From: Chloroflexota bacterium
GTDB taxonomy: Bacteria > Chloroflexota > Dehalococcoidia > Lucifugimonadales > JADFKI01
Reading direction: 5' to 3'
DNA length: 64,000 bases
NCBI GenBank assembly: GCA_027623195.1
Contig: JAQBUT010000014.1
Span: 1 to 64,000 of the forward strand
The notes beneath the pieces are model-generated. The model had not been told where the DNA came from, made no database searches, and saw nothing but the letters and a program-made list of their open reading frames with translations. The translations under genes and the position numbers were made by a program. This document shows positions 30,934 through 40,547 of this stretch, piece by piece; positions within the stretch are counted from its first letter, which is position 1; each line of letters opens with the position of its first letter.

Positions 30934-32160
30934 CTACACTACCCCCGATGCGCGAAGTACCATCAGTTCGTCCTTTGACAGGCCTAGCTTTTCTCTGTAA
31001 ATCCGTTGGTTGTCCTGGCCCAACATCGGCGCTGGACACGATGCCTCCCAAGGGGTACCGCTCATCCTGAACGGCGCACCGGGGTAGGTGGCCGGGCCTA
31101 TCACAGGATGGTCGATCTCGGTGAAGTAGCCCCGATGCCTGTACTGCTCGCTGTCAACAACCTCTGCCGGACTCTGCACTACGCCATAAATACTGCCTCG
31201 GCGTTTATGGGCCTCCTGGAAAAGATCGTATTTGTTCCATCTGCCAAATCCTCTTTCCAGCGCCTCGTGTAGCTCCTTGGCATGCTCCAACCTACGTTCG
31301 GGGGTGGAGAAGTCTTCTCGCTTTAAATCAGGTTCGCCCAGGAAATCGCTGGTGTCATCCCAGTCGACCGCGCCTCCGAAGTGTATCGGCACGATGTATC
31401 CGTCTTTGGCGGGCATAGGACTCCTGGGCATATCCCCTGAATAGGTATTCTGGCGCTGGCGGATTGCCCCGATGTAGCTGAAAAGTGACGCCGTGTCTCG
31501 AAGCGCAGACGCTACCGCCTCGTGAATCGAAACGTCGACATGCTGCCCATCGCCCGTGGTCAGGCGATGGAAGTAAGCAATCAATGCAGCCGTGGCCGCG
31601 TTGGTGCCGGCCTTGAACTGGGTCTGCCTCAGCGCGTGCTTCAATGGCTCCCTGTCATGAGAGCCCAGGATGTACATCAATCCGCCCAAGGCATATTCCA
31701 CGATGTCGGTGGCCTTGTAGTCACGATAGGGTCCCGTCTGGCCGAAGTTGGAAATGGAAACGTATATGAGTTCTGGGTTGATTCTCTGAAGCGATTCGTA
31801 GTCTAGGCCAAAACCAGGCATAACTCTGGGGGAAAAGTTCTCCACTACCATATCGGCGTCGGCCACCAGTCGTTCCAGCAAGCCCCTGCCTGTGGGGGAT
31901 TTCAGGTCTAGTGTAATGCCGCGTTTGCTGGTATTGAGGTAGGCGAAGAGAAGGCTTGTATCGGGGTGAGGCTCGTCGTTAGGGAAGGGGGCCATGCCTC
32001 TAGCCGGGTCGCCCACGCCGGGCCGCTCAACCTTTGTGACCTCGGCTCCAAAGTCCGCCAGTAGCTTCGTGCAGTAAGGCCCCGCGACGTGGTGCGTCAG
32101 GTCCAGCACCTTTACGCCTGCCAGCGCCCTTCTGTCGTTATTCTTTGAATTCGAAGTCAT
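30934..32160 (-). CDS. Family III CoA-transferase subunit, apparently lacking the catalytic Asp
   Basis: AGPYCTKLLADFGAEVTKVE, LNTSKRGITLDL; QTQFKAG where the partner has YADY. Confidence 0.9.
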   Translation of the reverse strand: MTSNSKNNDRRALAGVKVLDLTHHVAGPYCTKLLADFGAEVTKVERPGVGDPARGMAPFPNDEPHPDTSLLFAYLNTSKRGITLDLKSPTGRGLLERLVADADMVVENFSPRVMPGFGLDYESLQRINPELIYVSISNFGQTGPYRDYKATDIVEYALGGLMYILGSHDREPLKHALRQTQFKAGTNAATAALIAYFHRLTTGDGQHVDVSIHEAVASALRDTASLFSYIGAIRQRQNTYSGDMPRSPMPAKDGYIVPIHFGGAVDWDDTSDFLGEPDLKREDFSTPERRLEHAKELHEALERGFGRWNKYDLFQEAHKRRGSIYGVVQSPAEVVDSEQYRHRGYFTEIDHPVIGPATYPGAPFRMSGTPWEASCPAPMLGQDNQRIYREKLGLSKDELMVLRASGVV

Positions 32161-32298
32161 AAGCCCCGTTCGACCTATATACCAATTTATAAGAAATCTT
32201 CACGGGCTTAGCCACCCGCCAAAATACATGTGGGATAATATCACACCGTACCAGCCCATTATCGGCCCGGCTAAAACTACCAGAGGTATTTTTAAGAA

Positions 32299-33618
32299 GT
32301 GTCAAAAAAGCCGCTTTTCGGTATTGTTGCCGACGATTTGACCGGCGCTATGGATTCTTCCGGAGCAATGGCTACGCACGGACTCTCGGCAGAGGTGTTG
32401 CCACATGGCGGCGATGTTCTCAGCCAAATTTCCGCCGATGTGATTTGCATCAACACGCAGAGTAGACTGCTGCCTGAAACACAGGCCCGCCAGGCGGTTG
32501 TCACGGCCACCGCCCGCCTGCTGTTGTTTGGCTGCGACAGACTTTACAAGAAGCTCGACTCGACGCTGCGAGGCAATGTAGGAGTAGAGCTTGCCGCAAT
32601 GATGAGCGCATCTGGGGTAGAACACGCCTTCGTTTGCCCTGCATTTCCGGAGATGGGCCGCACCGTGCGAGATGGCATACTGGAGGTGGATGGCCTCTCT
32701 CTAACCGTAACCCGAGAGGGCAACGACCCATTTAGTGGAGTAGGCGAGGCGTCCGTTGTCCGCTTGCTGCAAATGCAGACCGAACACAGCGTAGGCCACG
32801 TGCCTATCGACCTGGTGGACCAGGGGCCGAACGCGGTGCTGGCCGGGGTGGAGAGCCTGCTGGCCGCCGGTAACACCTTGTTCGCGTTGGACGCCGTCTC
32901 GCCTGAGCACATGATTACGCTGGCCTCAGTTCTTAGGGATTTCTACCCGAATGATCTGGTGGCCGGTTCTGCAGGCCTAGCCTCTACGCTTGCCATGGCA
33001 ACAAGTCATGTACAGGCGGACACGGTCGGCGAGCCGCTCACAAGGTCTGCCGGCGACTTTCTGGTCATCTCAGGTAGCCTGCATCCGGCCTCTTATGAAC
33101 AGCTGAAGCGACTCTCCGAGGCCGCTAACGTCGCTTTGCTTCCCATAGAAACGGCGGCAATTCTGCAAAATTCCAAGGCGGGCCAGGAAACCGCCGCGTC
33201 TACGGTTCTGGAGGCTTTACGCCATTTCGCGAACAGAAAGCACGTCGTTTTATTCGAGGAAAGCCCAGAGTCAATCCAAAGCCTCCTGGACCTAATGCAA
33301 GACGCATCTTCCACTTTCGACCCGATACAGGCCATAGCCAATTTCTACCATCACGTTCTCACTGGCCTGCTTGACCAGCCAATCCTATCCGGCCTCGTGG
33401 TGATCGGAGGGGAGACAGCCCACATGGTGACCAAGGCCATCGGTGCAAAGTCCATCAGGGTCTTCGGCGACGTCCGATCCGGAATACCCGTTGGTCGCCT
33501 CAAAGGTGGCGCCGCCGACGGGAACTTGTTGGTAACAAAGGCTGGCGGGTTCGGCGCACCCTCCGCACTGGCCGAGGTTATCGATTACCTGGAAGACGTT
33601 CCACAAACCGAAGCATGA
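32299..33618 (+). CDS. Four-carbon acid sugar kinase family (DUF1537, DtnK/OtnK-like)
   Basis: ADDLTGAMD, YKKLDSTLRGN, GGET, TKAGGFG. Confidence 0.9.
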   Translation: MSKKPLFGIVADDLTGAMDSSGAMATHGLSAEVLPHGGDVLSQISADVICINTQSRLLPETQARQAVVTATARLLLFGCDRLYKKLDSTLRGNVGVELAAMMSASGVEHAFVCPAFPEMGRTVRDGILEVDGLSLTVTREGNDPFSGVGEASVVRLLQMQTEHSVGHVPIDLVDQGPNAVLAGVESLLAAGNTLFALDAVSPEHMITLASVLRDFYPNDLVAGSAGLASTLAMATSHVQADTVGEPLTRSAGDFLVISGSLHPASYEQLKRLSEAANVALLPIETAAILQNSKAGQETAASTVLEALRHFANRKHVVLFEESPESIQSLLDLMQDASSTFDPIQAIANFYHHVLTGLLDQPILSGLVVIGGETAHMVTKAIGAKSIRVFGDVRSGIPVGRLKGGAADGNLLVTKAGGFGAPSALAEVIDYLEDVPQTEA

Positions 33619-33722
33619 GCGCTTATCTGCAAGGAGCGAAGCCGCGGTTGCCGGTTTGAACCGCTGCGCTTATAATCTGGCTACGCATATATATCGGTAC
33701 TAGACCCGCTCAGGAGGATTAA

Positions 33723-34697
33723 ATGAGCGCAACAATCGCCAACTTGGCACCCAACGCCGACCAACTGGAGACGCTGCAAAGTCTGTCCCCGGAAGGAACC
33801 ACTGTGAAGTGGGTGGACTCCACGCAGTCACTAGAGGAGCAGGCAAAGCAACTTGAGGGTATCTCGGCCGTCGTCGTAACGCCTTCGGAGTACCCCGTAG
33901 AGCTTGCAGCGCTCACCAAAGACGTTAGGCTGGTGCAGACGGTAAGCGCCGGCACCAACATGATCGATAAGACAGCCCTTGGTGAACTGGGCATTCGTGT
34001 CGCCAACAACGGCGGCGGAAACGCCATCGCCGTATCCGAACACACCATCACCTTGATGACCAGCGTCTATCGCAAGATGCAGCTTCAATTTAAGTCTGTA
34101 CAGGCGGGGGATTGGGCAGGGAATATCCGCAGCGACTGGATGTCACAGGCCCACGAGATAGCCGGCAAGACTGTCGGCATTATCGGACTGGGTCGCATCG
34201 GCTCGAGAGTTGCCCGACGACTACAGGGGTGGGAGTGCGAACTCCTGTACAGCGACATCGAACCCGCTTCTCCCGAGCTAGAGGCGGAGCTTCACATAAC
34301 GCGAGTATCCCAACAGGAGCTGTTGGAGAGGTCCGACATTGTGACCTTGCACGTTCCCTTAAACCGCAGCACTACAAAGATGATTTCGGATGCGGAGTTC
34401 GACATGATGAAGCCCACCGCAGTCCTCATCAACGCGTGCCGTGGTCCGGTTGTAGACGAGGCGGCGCTTATCCGAGCCATTGAGCAGAAGAAGATCATGT
34501 CGGCAGGCCTGGATGTTACAGAGGTAGAGCCCACGCCCAAGGACAACCCGCTACTGGGGTTCGAGAACGTGCTGATAACGCCGCACCTGGCAGCCTTCGC
34601 TCAGGAGTCCAACGAGCGCGCCCGCACCTTCGCAGTGAACAACTCAACGAGGGTCGCCATGGGACAGGAACCCGAGTCCATTGTGTTGCCTGACTAA
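33723..34697 (+). CDS. D-isomer-specific 2-hydroxyacid dehydrogenase
   Basis: GIIGLGRIG, LHVPL, INACRGPVVDE, LDV..EP, TPHLA. Confidence 0.92.
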   Translation: MSATIANLAPNADQLETLQSLSPEGTTVKWVDSTQSLEEQAKQLEGISAVVVTPSEYPVELAALTKDVRLVQTVSAGTNMIDKTALGELGIRVANNGGGNAIAVSEHTITLMTSVYRKMQLQFKSVQAGDWAGNIRSDWMSQAHEIAGKTVGIIGLGRIGSRVARRLQGWECELLYSDIEPASPELEAELHITRVSQQELLERSDIVTLHVPLNRSTTKMISDAEFDMMKPTAVLINACRGPVVDEAALIRAIEQKKIMSAGLDVTEVEPTPKDNPLLGFENVLITPHLAAFAQESNERARTFAVNNSTRVAMGQEPESIVLPD

Positions 34698-34740
34698 TTA
34701 GCCCGTCATAGGCGAATTAGCCATCCTGGAATCGCAAAAT

Positions 34741-34784
34741 ATTAAAAGCCCAGTCGTTCAAAGTCGGACGACTGGGCTTTTAAT
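34741..34784. terminator. Bidirectional terminator
   Basis: attaaaagcccagtcgt...acgactgggcttttaat stem between convergent genes. Confidence 0.8.
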
Positions 34785-34843
34785 TTACATACTTAGATTT
34801 GGGCCTACTGTGGCGCTGTTCAACTACTAGCGCCAAATTTACC

Positions 34844-35542
34844 CTAGGGGTAGCTGACGCCGATTTTTTTTAGAACGTCCAACGGACTGGAATCCAGCAG
34901 CATGTTGGCCTCGTCTTCGTCCAGTCCGGCTCCCCGCGCGATCTTAAGGGCAAACTCCCTGGTTAGCAGGTCTTCCGGGGCGTGCGCATCTGAGTCCATT
35001 ACTATTCTGGCCCCGGCCTCATTCGCAGTCCGAACCACATGACCGTTAGCGAATCCGTGGCCTTTTCTGGCGGAGACCTCCAGGAATATACCATTCTCGG
35101 CGGCTGTCCTGGCATCGTCAGGCGTTATCAATCCAGGGTGGGCAAGTATATCCACATGCTTGGAAGTGACGGCGGCGTGGTTGGTCCCGGACTCCACTGG
35201 CTCGACGACCGTCTCGCCATGCACGTTGACCATCTTTGCGCCAAGGGCTCGAGCGTCTCTAGCCATCATGTCGATGTCCTCTACGGGCGCGTAGGTAATC
35301 TCCACCCCGGGCAGCGCCAGTATGTCCCAGCGTTTGGAAGCCAACGCGCAGTCCGTTACCAGAGTTTTGATGACGAACTCCAGGTTGCCTGGCCCAACGT
35401 GGTCGGTCACCGCGATGACCTTGTAGCCGATGTGAACAGCCCTGCGGATAAGCTCAGTTGGGGCAAGCTCACCGTCGCTCAAAAACGTATGTGTATGAAA
35501 ATCAAACAATTTCTTGTGTCCTCGGAATATTTTCCGCGCCAT
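34844..35542 (-). CDS. PHP-domain phosphoesterase (histidinol-phosphate phosphatase-like)
   Basis: DFHTHT, TDH, GVE, VHGE, AHP, SDAH; start may be TTG 35509. Confidence 0.88.
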   Translation of the reverse strand: MARKIFRGHKKLFDFHTHTFLSDGELAPTELIRRAVHIGYKVIAVTDHVGPGNLEFVIKTLVTDCALASKRWDILALPGVEITYAPVEDIDMMARDARALGAKMVNVHGETVVEPVESGTNHAAVTSKHVDILAHPGLITPDDARTAAENGIFLEVSARKGHGFANGHVVRTANEAGARIVMDSDAHAPEDLLTREFALKIARGAGLDEDEANMLLDSSPLDVLKKIGVSYP

Positions 35543-35636
35543 CGCTGACCGCCGCAACCACTCGTACATAGACGGCCTCTGCCATCACGGTAGGCGTAAC
35601 CGATGTTGCGAGCGACCAGCCTTCATGGATACGGCT

Positions 35637-36200
35637 TTACGCCTGCAGGTGTGCCATGAGGTCGCGCATCGCTTGGCCAGTGTTGCCCATGTAGAACGCT
35701 GGCACCTCGTTATCATGGTTGACCTTTAGAGAAACAAAGACCGGACCCTTGGCACTCATAACTTCAGGCAACTGCGTCACCAGGTCCTCCAGGTTGTCGA
35801 ACACGAAGGTCTCATTGAAGCCTGCCTCTCGTGCCATACCGGCCAAGTTGAACAGGCCCGCGCCAGGTATGGGCTGAGCGCCGGTGGTAAAGTAGACGCC
35901 GTCCTCAAAGACGAAGTGCACCAGGTTCTCCGGCTGCTGACCGGCGATGGTAACCAGAACTCCAAGGTTCATAAGCAGACCGCCGTCGCCATCCAGTATC
36001 AGGACCTTCTTGTCGGGCTGCGCCAGGGCCAGTCCCAGACCTACCGACGACGCTTTGCCCATGGCCCCGAATATTGGGAGGTCCCGCTGCTTGTTCGTGG
36101 TTACAACATCCCAGTAGCGATTGGGGGTCATAGTGCTGACCACCAGAGCATCGCCTCTAACATGGCTAATGGCCTTGGCTGCGTCTGCCGATGAAATCAT
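35637..36200 (-). CDS. ThDP-binding subunit, sulfopyruvate/phosphonopyruvate decarboxylase beta-like
   Basis: GAMGKASSVGLGLA, LDGDGGLLMNLG...FEDGVY.TTG.Q. Confidence 0.85.
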   Translation of the reverse strand: MISSADAAKAISHVRGDALVVSTMTPNRYWDVVTTNKQRDLPIFGAMGKASSVGLGLALAQPDKKVLILDGDGGLLMNLGVLVTIAGQQPENLVHFVFEDGVYFTTGAQPIPGAGLFNLAGMAREAGFNETFVFDNLEDLVTQLPEVMSAKGPVFVSLKVNHDNEVPAFYMGNTGQAMRDLMAHLQA

Positions 36201-36329
36201 CTTTTTGGATTCTCCGATATTCGTTTGGGATTATTCGAAAAGTAGCCTTTGGCACTCGGTTACTTTTGTGCCTAAGGAATTGTAGAGCCTACCAAGATGC
36301 CGCACAAGGCGACGTGGCCAAGCCGTCTG

Positions 36330-36938
36330 CTACGCCCGGCCTGAAGGCCCCTCATAACGCATGTCATCAGGCAGCGCATCGGAAAGGCCCAGGGCATGGA
36401 TGACGCGCTGCGCAACAAAGTCTGCGATGTCTTGCATCGACTTGGGCTTTAGGTAGAAGGGCGGCTCTGGCGGCAAAATGGTAACGCCCAACCTGGCTAG
36501 CGAGGCCATGTTCTCCAGATGAATGGCGTGCAGTGGGGTCTCTCGTGGCACTAGCACAAGGGGTCGGCGTTCCTTCATGCAAACGTCAGCGGCCCGCCGG
36601 ACCAGGTTATCGGACATGCCATGAGCAACGGCAGCCACCGTGGCCATGCTGCACGGCACAATCGCCATACCACGCGTCGGGAATGTCCCGCTGGCGATGG
36701 GCGCGGTCAGCTCTCCAGGCTGGTAGTAGGCGAAGTCGCCGGTATCTTGCCAACGCTCCAGCGCGGTGCCGAAGGACTCGTCCATTTCCTCCTGCCAGAC
36801 CATTCGGGCGGCAGAAGAGGCCGTGGCCATCACGGGCATATCCATTTCCAGGAGCGTGTCGATAACGCTTCCGGCCAGCATAGCCCCACTGGCTCCGGTA
36901 ATGCCCACAACAACCGGATGTCCTATTTGAGATGTCAC
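36330..36938 (-). CDS. ubiX: Flavin prenyltransferase
   Basis: VGITGASG, IASG, PCSM, RAADV..KERR.LVL.PRETP, PPFY. Confidence 0.95.
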   Translation of the reverse strand: MTSQIGHPVVVGITGASGAMLAGSVIDTLLEMDMPVMATASSAARMVWQEEMDESFGTALERWQDTGDFAYYQPGELTAPIASGTFPTRGMAIVPCSMATVAAVAHGMSDNLVRRAADVCMKERRPLVLVPRETPLHAIHLENMASLARLGVTILPPEPPFYLKPKSMQDIADFVAQRVIHALGLSDALPDDMRYEGPSGRA

Positions 36939-36951
36939 GAAAATCCTCCGC

Positions 36952-37830
36952 CTATACCAGTAGAGCCAGAGCCGTGGCCACAAAAACCGACGTGGACACG
37001 TACGCGTTCACCCTCATGAAGGCAATGCCCATACGAGAGGTGTCCTCCGGGGAGACTAGCCTGTGCCTGTATACCAGCAGGCCTGCCGCAACAATCACCC
37101 CGACGTAAAAGGGCCATGCCAGCGACATCAGCACGCCTACACCCGTCAGAGCGCAGACCGCCAGTACGTCCAGAATCTTGGAGAATCGAAAGGCGGCAAC
37201 TACGCCGAAGCGGCTGGCAACCGAGTGCAGTCCTTCCTTTTTTTGGAAGTCGAAATCCTGAGTGTGGTACAGAATATCGAAGCTTCCGGCCCAAAGTGCC
37301 ACAGCGGCAGAGAGCAGAACCGGAGCCCAGGTCAGGCTCCCAGTGACGCCGATCCACGCGGCAGAGGGAGCAATGGCCAACGCCCACCCAATTAGAAGGT
37401 TCGAGGTCCAGGTGAACCGCTTTGTGTACGGGTAAAGGACCAGGTACGCCGCCGCAACAGGCGCCAGGGCAAATGCCAACGGGTTAAGCCTGTACGCGGC
37501 GAACATGAACACAACGAAGGCCACCAGAGTCAGCGCCACCATCTCCGAGGTCTTGAGCAGGCCGGCAGGCAGATGACGTGCAGCGTTTCTCGGGTTCTTG
37601 GCATCTATGTTGCGGTCGACAATCCGGTTGACGGCCATTCCCACTGTGCGCGCTCCCACCATGGCGACGGTAATCCATATGAACTGACCCAGCGTTGGCA
37701 GTCCTCGCGCCGCCAGTATCATTCCCGTGTAAGCGAACGGCAGGGCGAAGATGCTCTCCCGGTAGCGTATGGCGTCCAGAAAGTGGTTGAGCTTTTTGCC
37801 TGCCGCCAGTGGCATGCTTGCAGCCGTCAT
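36952..37830 (-). CDS. UbiA-family polyprenyltransferase (MqnP-like)
   Basis: SIFALPFAY, NRIVDRNIDAKNPR..RHLP, YPYTKRF, FDILY..QD..F. Confidence 0.9.
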   Translation of the reverse strand: MTAASMPLAAGKKLNHFLDAIRYRESIFALPFAYTGMILAARGLPTLGQFIWITVAMVGARTVGMAVNRIVDRNIDAKNPRNAARHLPAGLLKTSEMVALTLVAFVVFMFAAYRLNPLAFALAPVAAAYLVLYPYTKRFTWTSNLLIGWALAIAPSAAWIGVTGSLTWAPVLLSAAVALWAGSFDILYHTQDFDFQKKEGLHSVASRFGVVAAFRFSKILDVLAVCALTGVGVLMSLAWPFYVGVIVAAGLLVYRHRLVSPEDTSRMGIAFMRVNAYVSTSVFVATALALLV

Positions 37831-39281
37831 ATGCCGTACTCTCCCCATTTGCCGTCTACCAGGCGTTTAATGTCGTCCGACATTTCTATATCGGGAGGCC
37901 ACTCCCGCTTAAACCCGTCCATTGGCCCTTTGGCAGTCGCGTCTATGCCCATCTTGCTGCCGTACCTGGGCATTGCGGATGCGTGTTCCAGATCATCCAG
38001 GGGTCCTTCCGTGAATATGATATCTCTGCCGGGGTCTAGGTTGGTGGCGACCCGCCACGCAACTTCAGAGGTATTCTGGACGTCCACGTAATGGTCCACG
38101 ACGACGATGGTCTTGGCCAGCATCATGAGGCCTATGCCCCACAAAGCGTGCATGACTTTACTGGCCTGCCCAGCGTACTCCTTCTTGATGGATACAATGA
38201 CAAGATTGTGGAATATGCCCTCCGCAGGCATATTTATGTCCACAACCTCAGGCAGCGTCATCTGCAAAGCCGGAAGCATGATGCGCTCGCTGGCCTTGCC
38301 CATAAAGTAGTCCTCTTTGGGGGGCCTGCCTACAAAGGTCGTTGGGTAGATCGGGTCCTTGCGATGGGTAATGGCCGTGAGGTGGAAGATCGGGTAGTCC
38401 TCGGCGAGAGAGTAGTAGCCGGTGTGATCGCCGAAAGGCCCCTCCGGCCTCATTTCGCCAGGGACCACGTAGCCTTCTAACACGAATTCGGACTGGGCAG
38501 GCACTTCCAGGTCCACCGTCTTGCAGCGCACCATGTCCACGGATTCGCCTCGGATGATTCCCGATACGCCTATCTCATCCATGTCCGGCGGAAGAGGCAT
38601 ACTGCCCGACCACATGGTTGTGGGGTCGCCACCGATAGCCACGGCTACCTCCATGCGTTCCACGCCCTTTTCCTGGTTGGAGCGATAGTGCCGCGCGCCT
38701 ACCTTGTGGCTCTGCCAGTGCATCCCAATGGTCTTACCGTCGAAAATCTGCATTCGGTAAATACCGACGTTGCGCCTACCGGAGTCGGGGTCGCGGGAAA
38801 TAACCAACGGAAGGGTGATGTAGCGACCTGCGTCCAAAGGCCAGCACTTTAGCGCGGGCAGCATGTTCACATCGGCTTCATCGCCTATCAGTACAACATC
38901 CTGGCATGGCCCACTTCGGACGACTTTGGGCTGAGTTCGGGCCAAACCTGCCAGGTCGCCAAGGGTACGCAGTTTGCTCACGATACCGGTGGGTGGCGTT
39001 TGCGCCATGCCGATGATCTGACGCACGCGGTCGGAAAGCTCATCGATATGGTCGACTCCCAACGCCCAGGCCATGCGTTGGTGAGAGCCATAGAGGTTGA
39101 TGACGACCGGGATGTCGTAACCATCTACGTTTTCGAAAAGAAGAGCGGGTCCGCCTGCTGCAACAACACGATCAGCGATTTCCGTGATCTCAAGCTCGCA
39201 ACTGACGGGCGTCTTGATACGGCGTAGCTCGCCTTTGGATTCCAGGAACAATAGGAACTCCCGTAGGTCCTTGTATTTCAT
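37827..39281 (-). CDS. ubiD: UbiD-family decarboxylase (menaquinone biosynthesis, MqnL-like)
   Basis: CWPLDAGRYIT, RNVGIYRMQ, EGPFGDHTGYY, GRPPKED, SKMGIDAT. Confidence 0.92.
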   Translation of the reverse strand: MKYKDLREFLLFLESKGELRRIKTPVSCELEITEIADRVVAAGGPALLFENVDGYDIPVVINLYGSHQRMAWALGVDHIDELSDRVRQIIGMAQTPPTGIVSKLRTLGDLAGLARTQPKVVRSGPCQDVVLIGDEADVNMLPALKCWPLDAGRYITLPLVISRDPDSGRRNVGIYRMQIFDGKTIGMHWQSHKVGARHYRSNQEKGVERMEVAVAIGGDPTTMWSGSMPLPPDMDEIGVSGIIRGESVDMVRCKTVDLEVPAQSEFVLEGYVVPGEMRPEGPFGDHTGYYSLAEDYPIFHLTAITHRKDPIYPTTFVGRPPKEDYFMGKASERIMLPALQMTLPEVVDINMPAEGIFHNLVIVSIKKEYAGQASKVMHALWGIGLMMLAKTIVVVDHYVDVQNTSEVAWRVATNLDPGRDIIFTEGPLDDLEHASAMPRYGSKMGIDATAKGPMDGFKREWPPDIEMSDDIKRLVDGKWGEYGI

Positions 39282-39284
39282 GCG

Positions 39285-40433
39285 TTATCCAGGCGGCTTT
39301 CCAGAAAGCCTGAGGTCTGTAGACGAAATGTCACTACGGAACGCAGATTCTGGCACTTCGCGGAACATGTCTTTGAAATCGGCGGGCACCTCTACCTCGG
39401 AAACAGTATGGAAGCCCTCAGAATCGGCCCGGCCTGCCACCAGGAAACTGCATCCCAACGACCGCATCTCCTCCAACGCCAGCAGCAATTTCAACTCTTG
39501 GCCATCGTAGTACCGCGGATTCACAATACGCACGGCGGTGTCCCAACCAATTACAAAGGTGCAGCCTGGAAGAATACGTGCCTTTTTGAAAAACACAGGG
39601 ACGCCTGTAAGGACGATAGGCCTTTTGCCTTTGAACTGGGCCACTCTGGCGCGGACTTCAGCTTCCTCAAGGGGAGGCTTGTCTACATTCGCGACGGAAA
39701 GCTCATAGCTGACCTGCGCCTTGAGAATGTCAGACGCAACCTCAGCAAGACTCTCATGGCCCTTGTGGAGAGGATTGAATGAGCCAGGCAAAACGCCGCC
39801 CTGCATTGGAGCGTCTGCCGACATTGTGCCGTCAGGAAGGACCGTGGCGCTGTCCACATGGCCTGCCACAAGCGCCGCAATCGGGTCCGCATACAGCTTG
39901 TGCTCAGCCTCTATTCGTTCGGCATCATCCAGTGCAGTGGGCACGTCGACGAACCCACCGCTGGCTTCGACAAGTGCCTTGAGAACCAGTCGACTGGCAA
40001 TCTCGTCCTCGCCATCCCTGTCGCGGAGGCCTTTGTTGAACGTAAGACTGTAAGCGCGTACGCCGTCGGCACTCCACGCAGCGACATGGCACCGATGGTC
40101 GCCCCTCTTGGGCCTGTCAGTGGCTATAGTGGCCGTGCAAGCCACCCCGAGGACCGGAGTGTCGTCTTGGCGCAGAAAAACTGCCCGCAGGTAGGCAGCA
40201 CGTGCCATGTCCTTGGCCGCTTCTATTGAGACGAACTGCTCTGGTTCATGACCAACTAGGTCAACAAAAGCGGACGAAGCGTACGGCACCGTGATTTCCA
40301 GCACAGTGCGGGACGCTCCAGCGACACCCAGAAGCCATGCAATGGCCTGAGTGCCGGCGCCTGCCACCGCGAACACCGCCTGCGCAGGATGGTCGTGTAT
40401 TTTCTGGACAATGTCCCTGATATCGTCATTCAT
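39285..40433 (-). CDS. CinA/PncC-like domain fused to an HIGH-type nucleotidyltransferase domain
   Basis: N-term GAS.TVLE..VPY...MARAA; C-term PGSFNPLHKGH, NVDKPPL, FVIGWDT, ISST. Confidence 0.75.
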   Translation of the reverse strand: MNDDIRDIVQKIHDHPAQAVFAVAGAGTQAIAWLLGVAGASRTVLEITVPYASSAFVDLVGHEPEQFVSIEAAKDMARAAYLRAVFLRQDDTPVLGVACTATIATDRPKRGDHRCHVAAWSADGVRAYSLTFNKGLRDRDGEDEIASRLVLKALVEASGGFVDVPTALDDAERIEAEHKLYADPIAALVAGHVDSATVLPDGTMSADAPMQGGVLPGSFNPLHKGHESLAEVASDILKAQVSYELSVANVDKPPLEEAEVRARVAQFKGKRPIVLTGVPVFFKKARILPGCTFVIGWDTAVRIVNPRYYDGQELKLLLALEEMRSLGCSFLVAGRADSEGFHTVSEVEVPADFKDMFREVPESAFRSDISSTDLRLSGKPPG

Positions 40434-40547
40434 AAAAGAGTAGGAATTATCCCGGTTAAATGAGTTTCAGAACCTAATATAAAGGCCTGCCAAATTGCCC
40501 GCAACAGATGGGCTCCTGGAAACCTGTTAGATGGGGTAGTTGTACAG

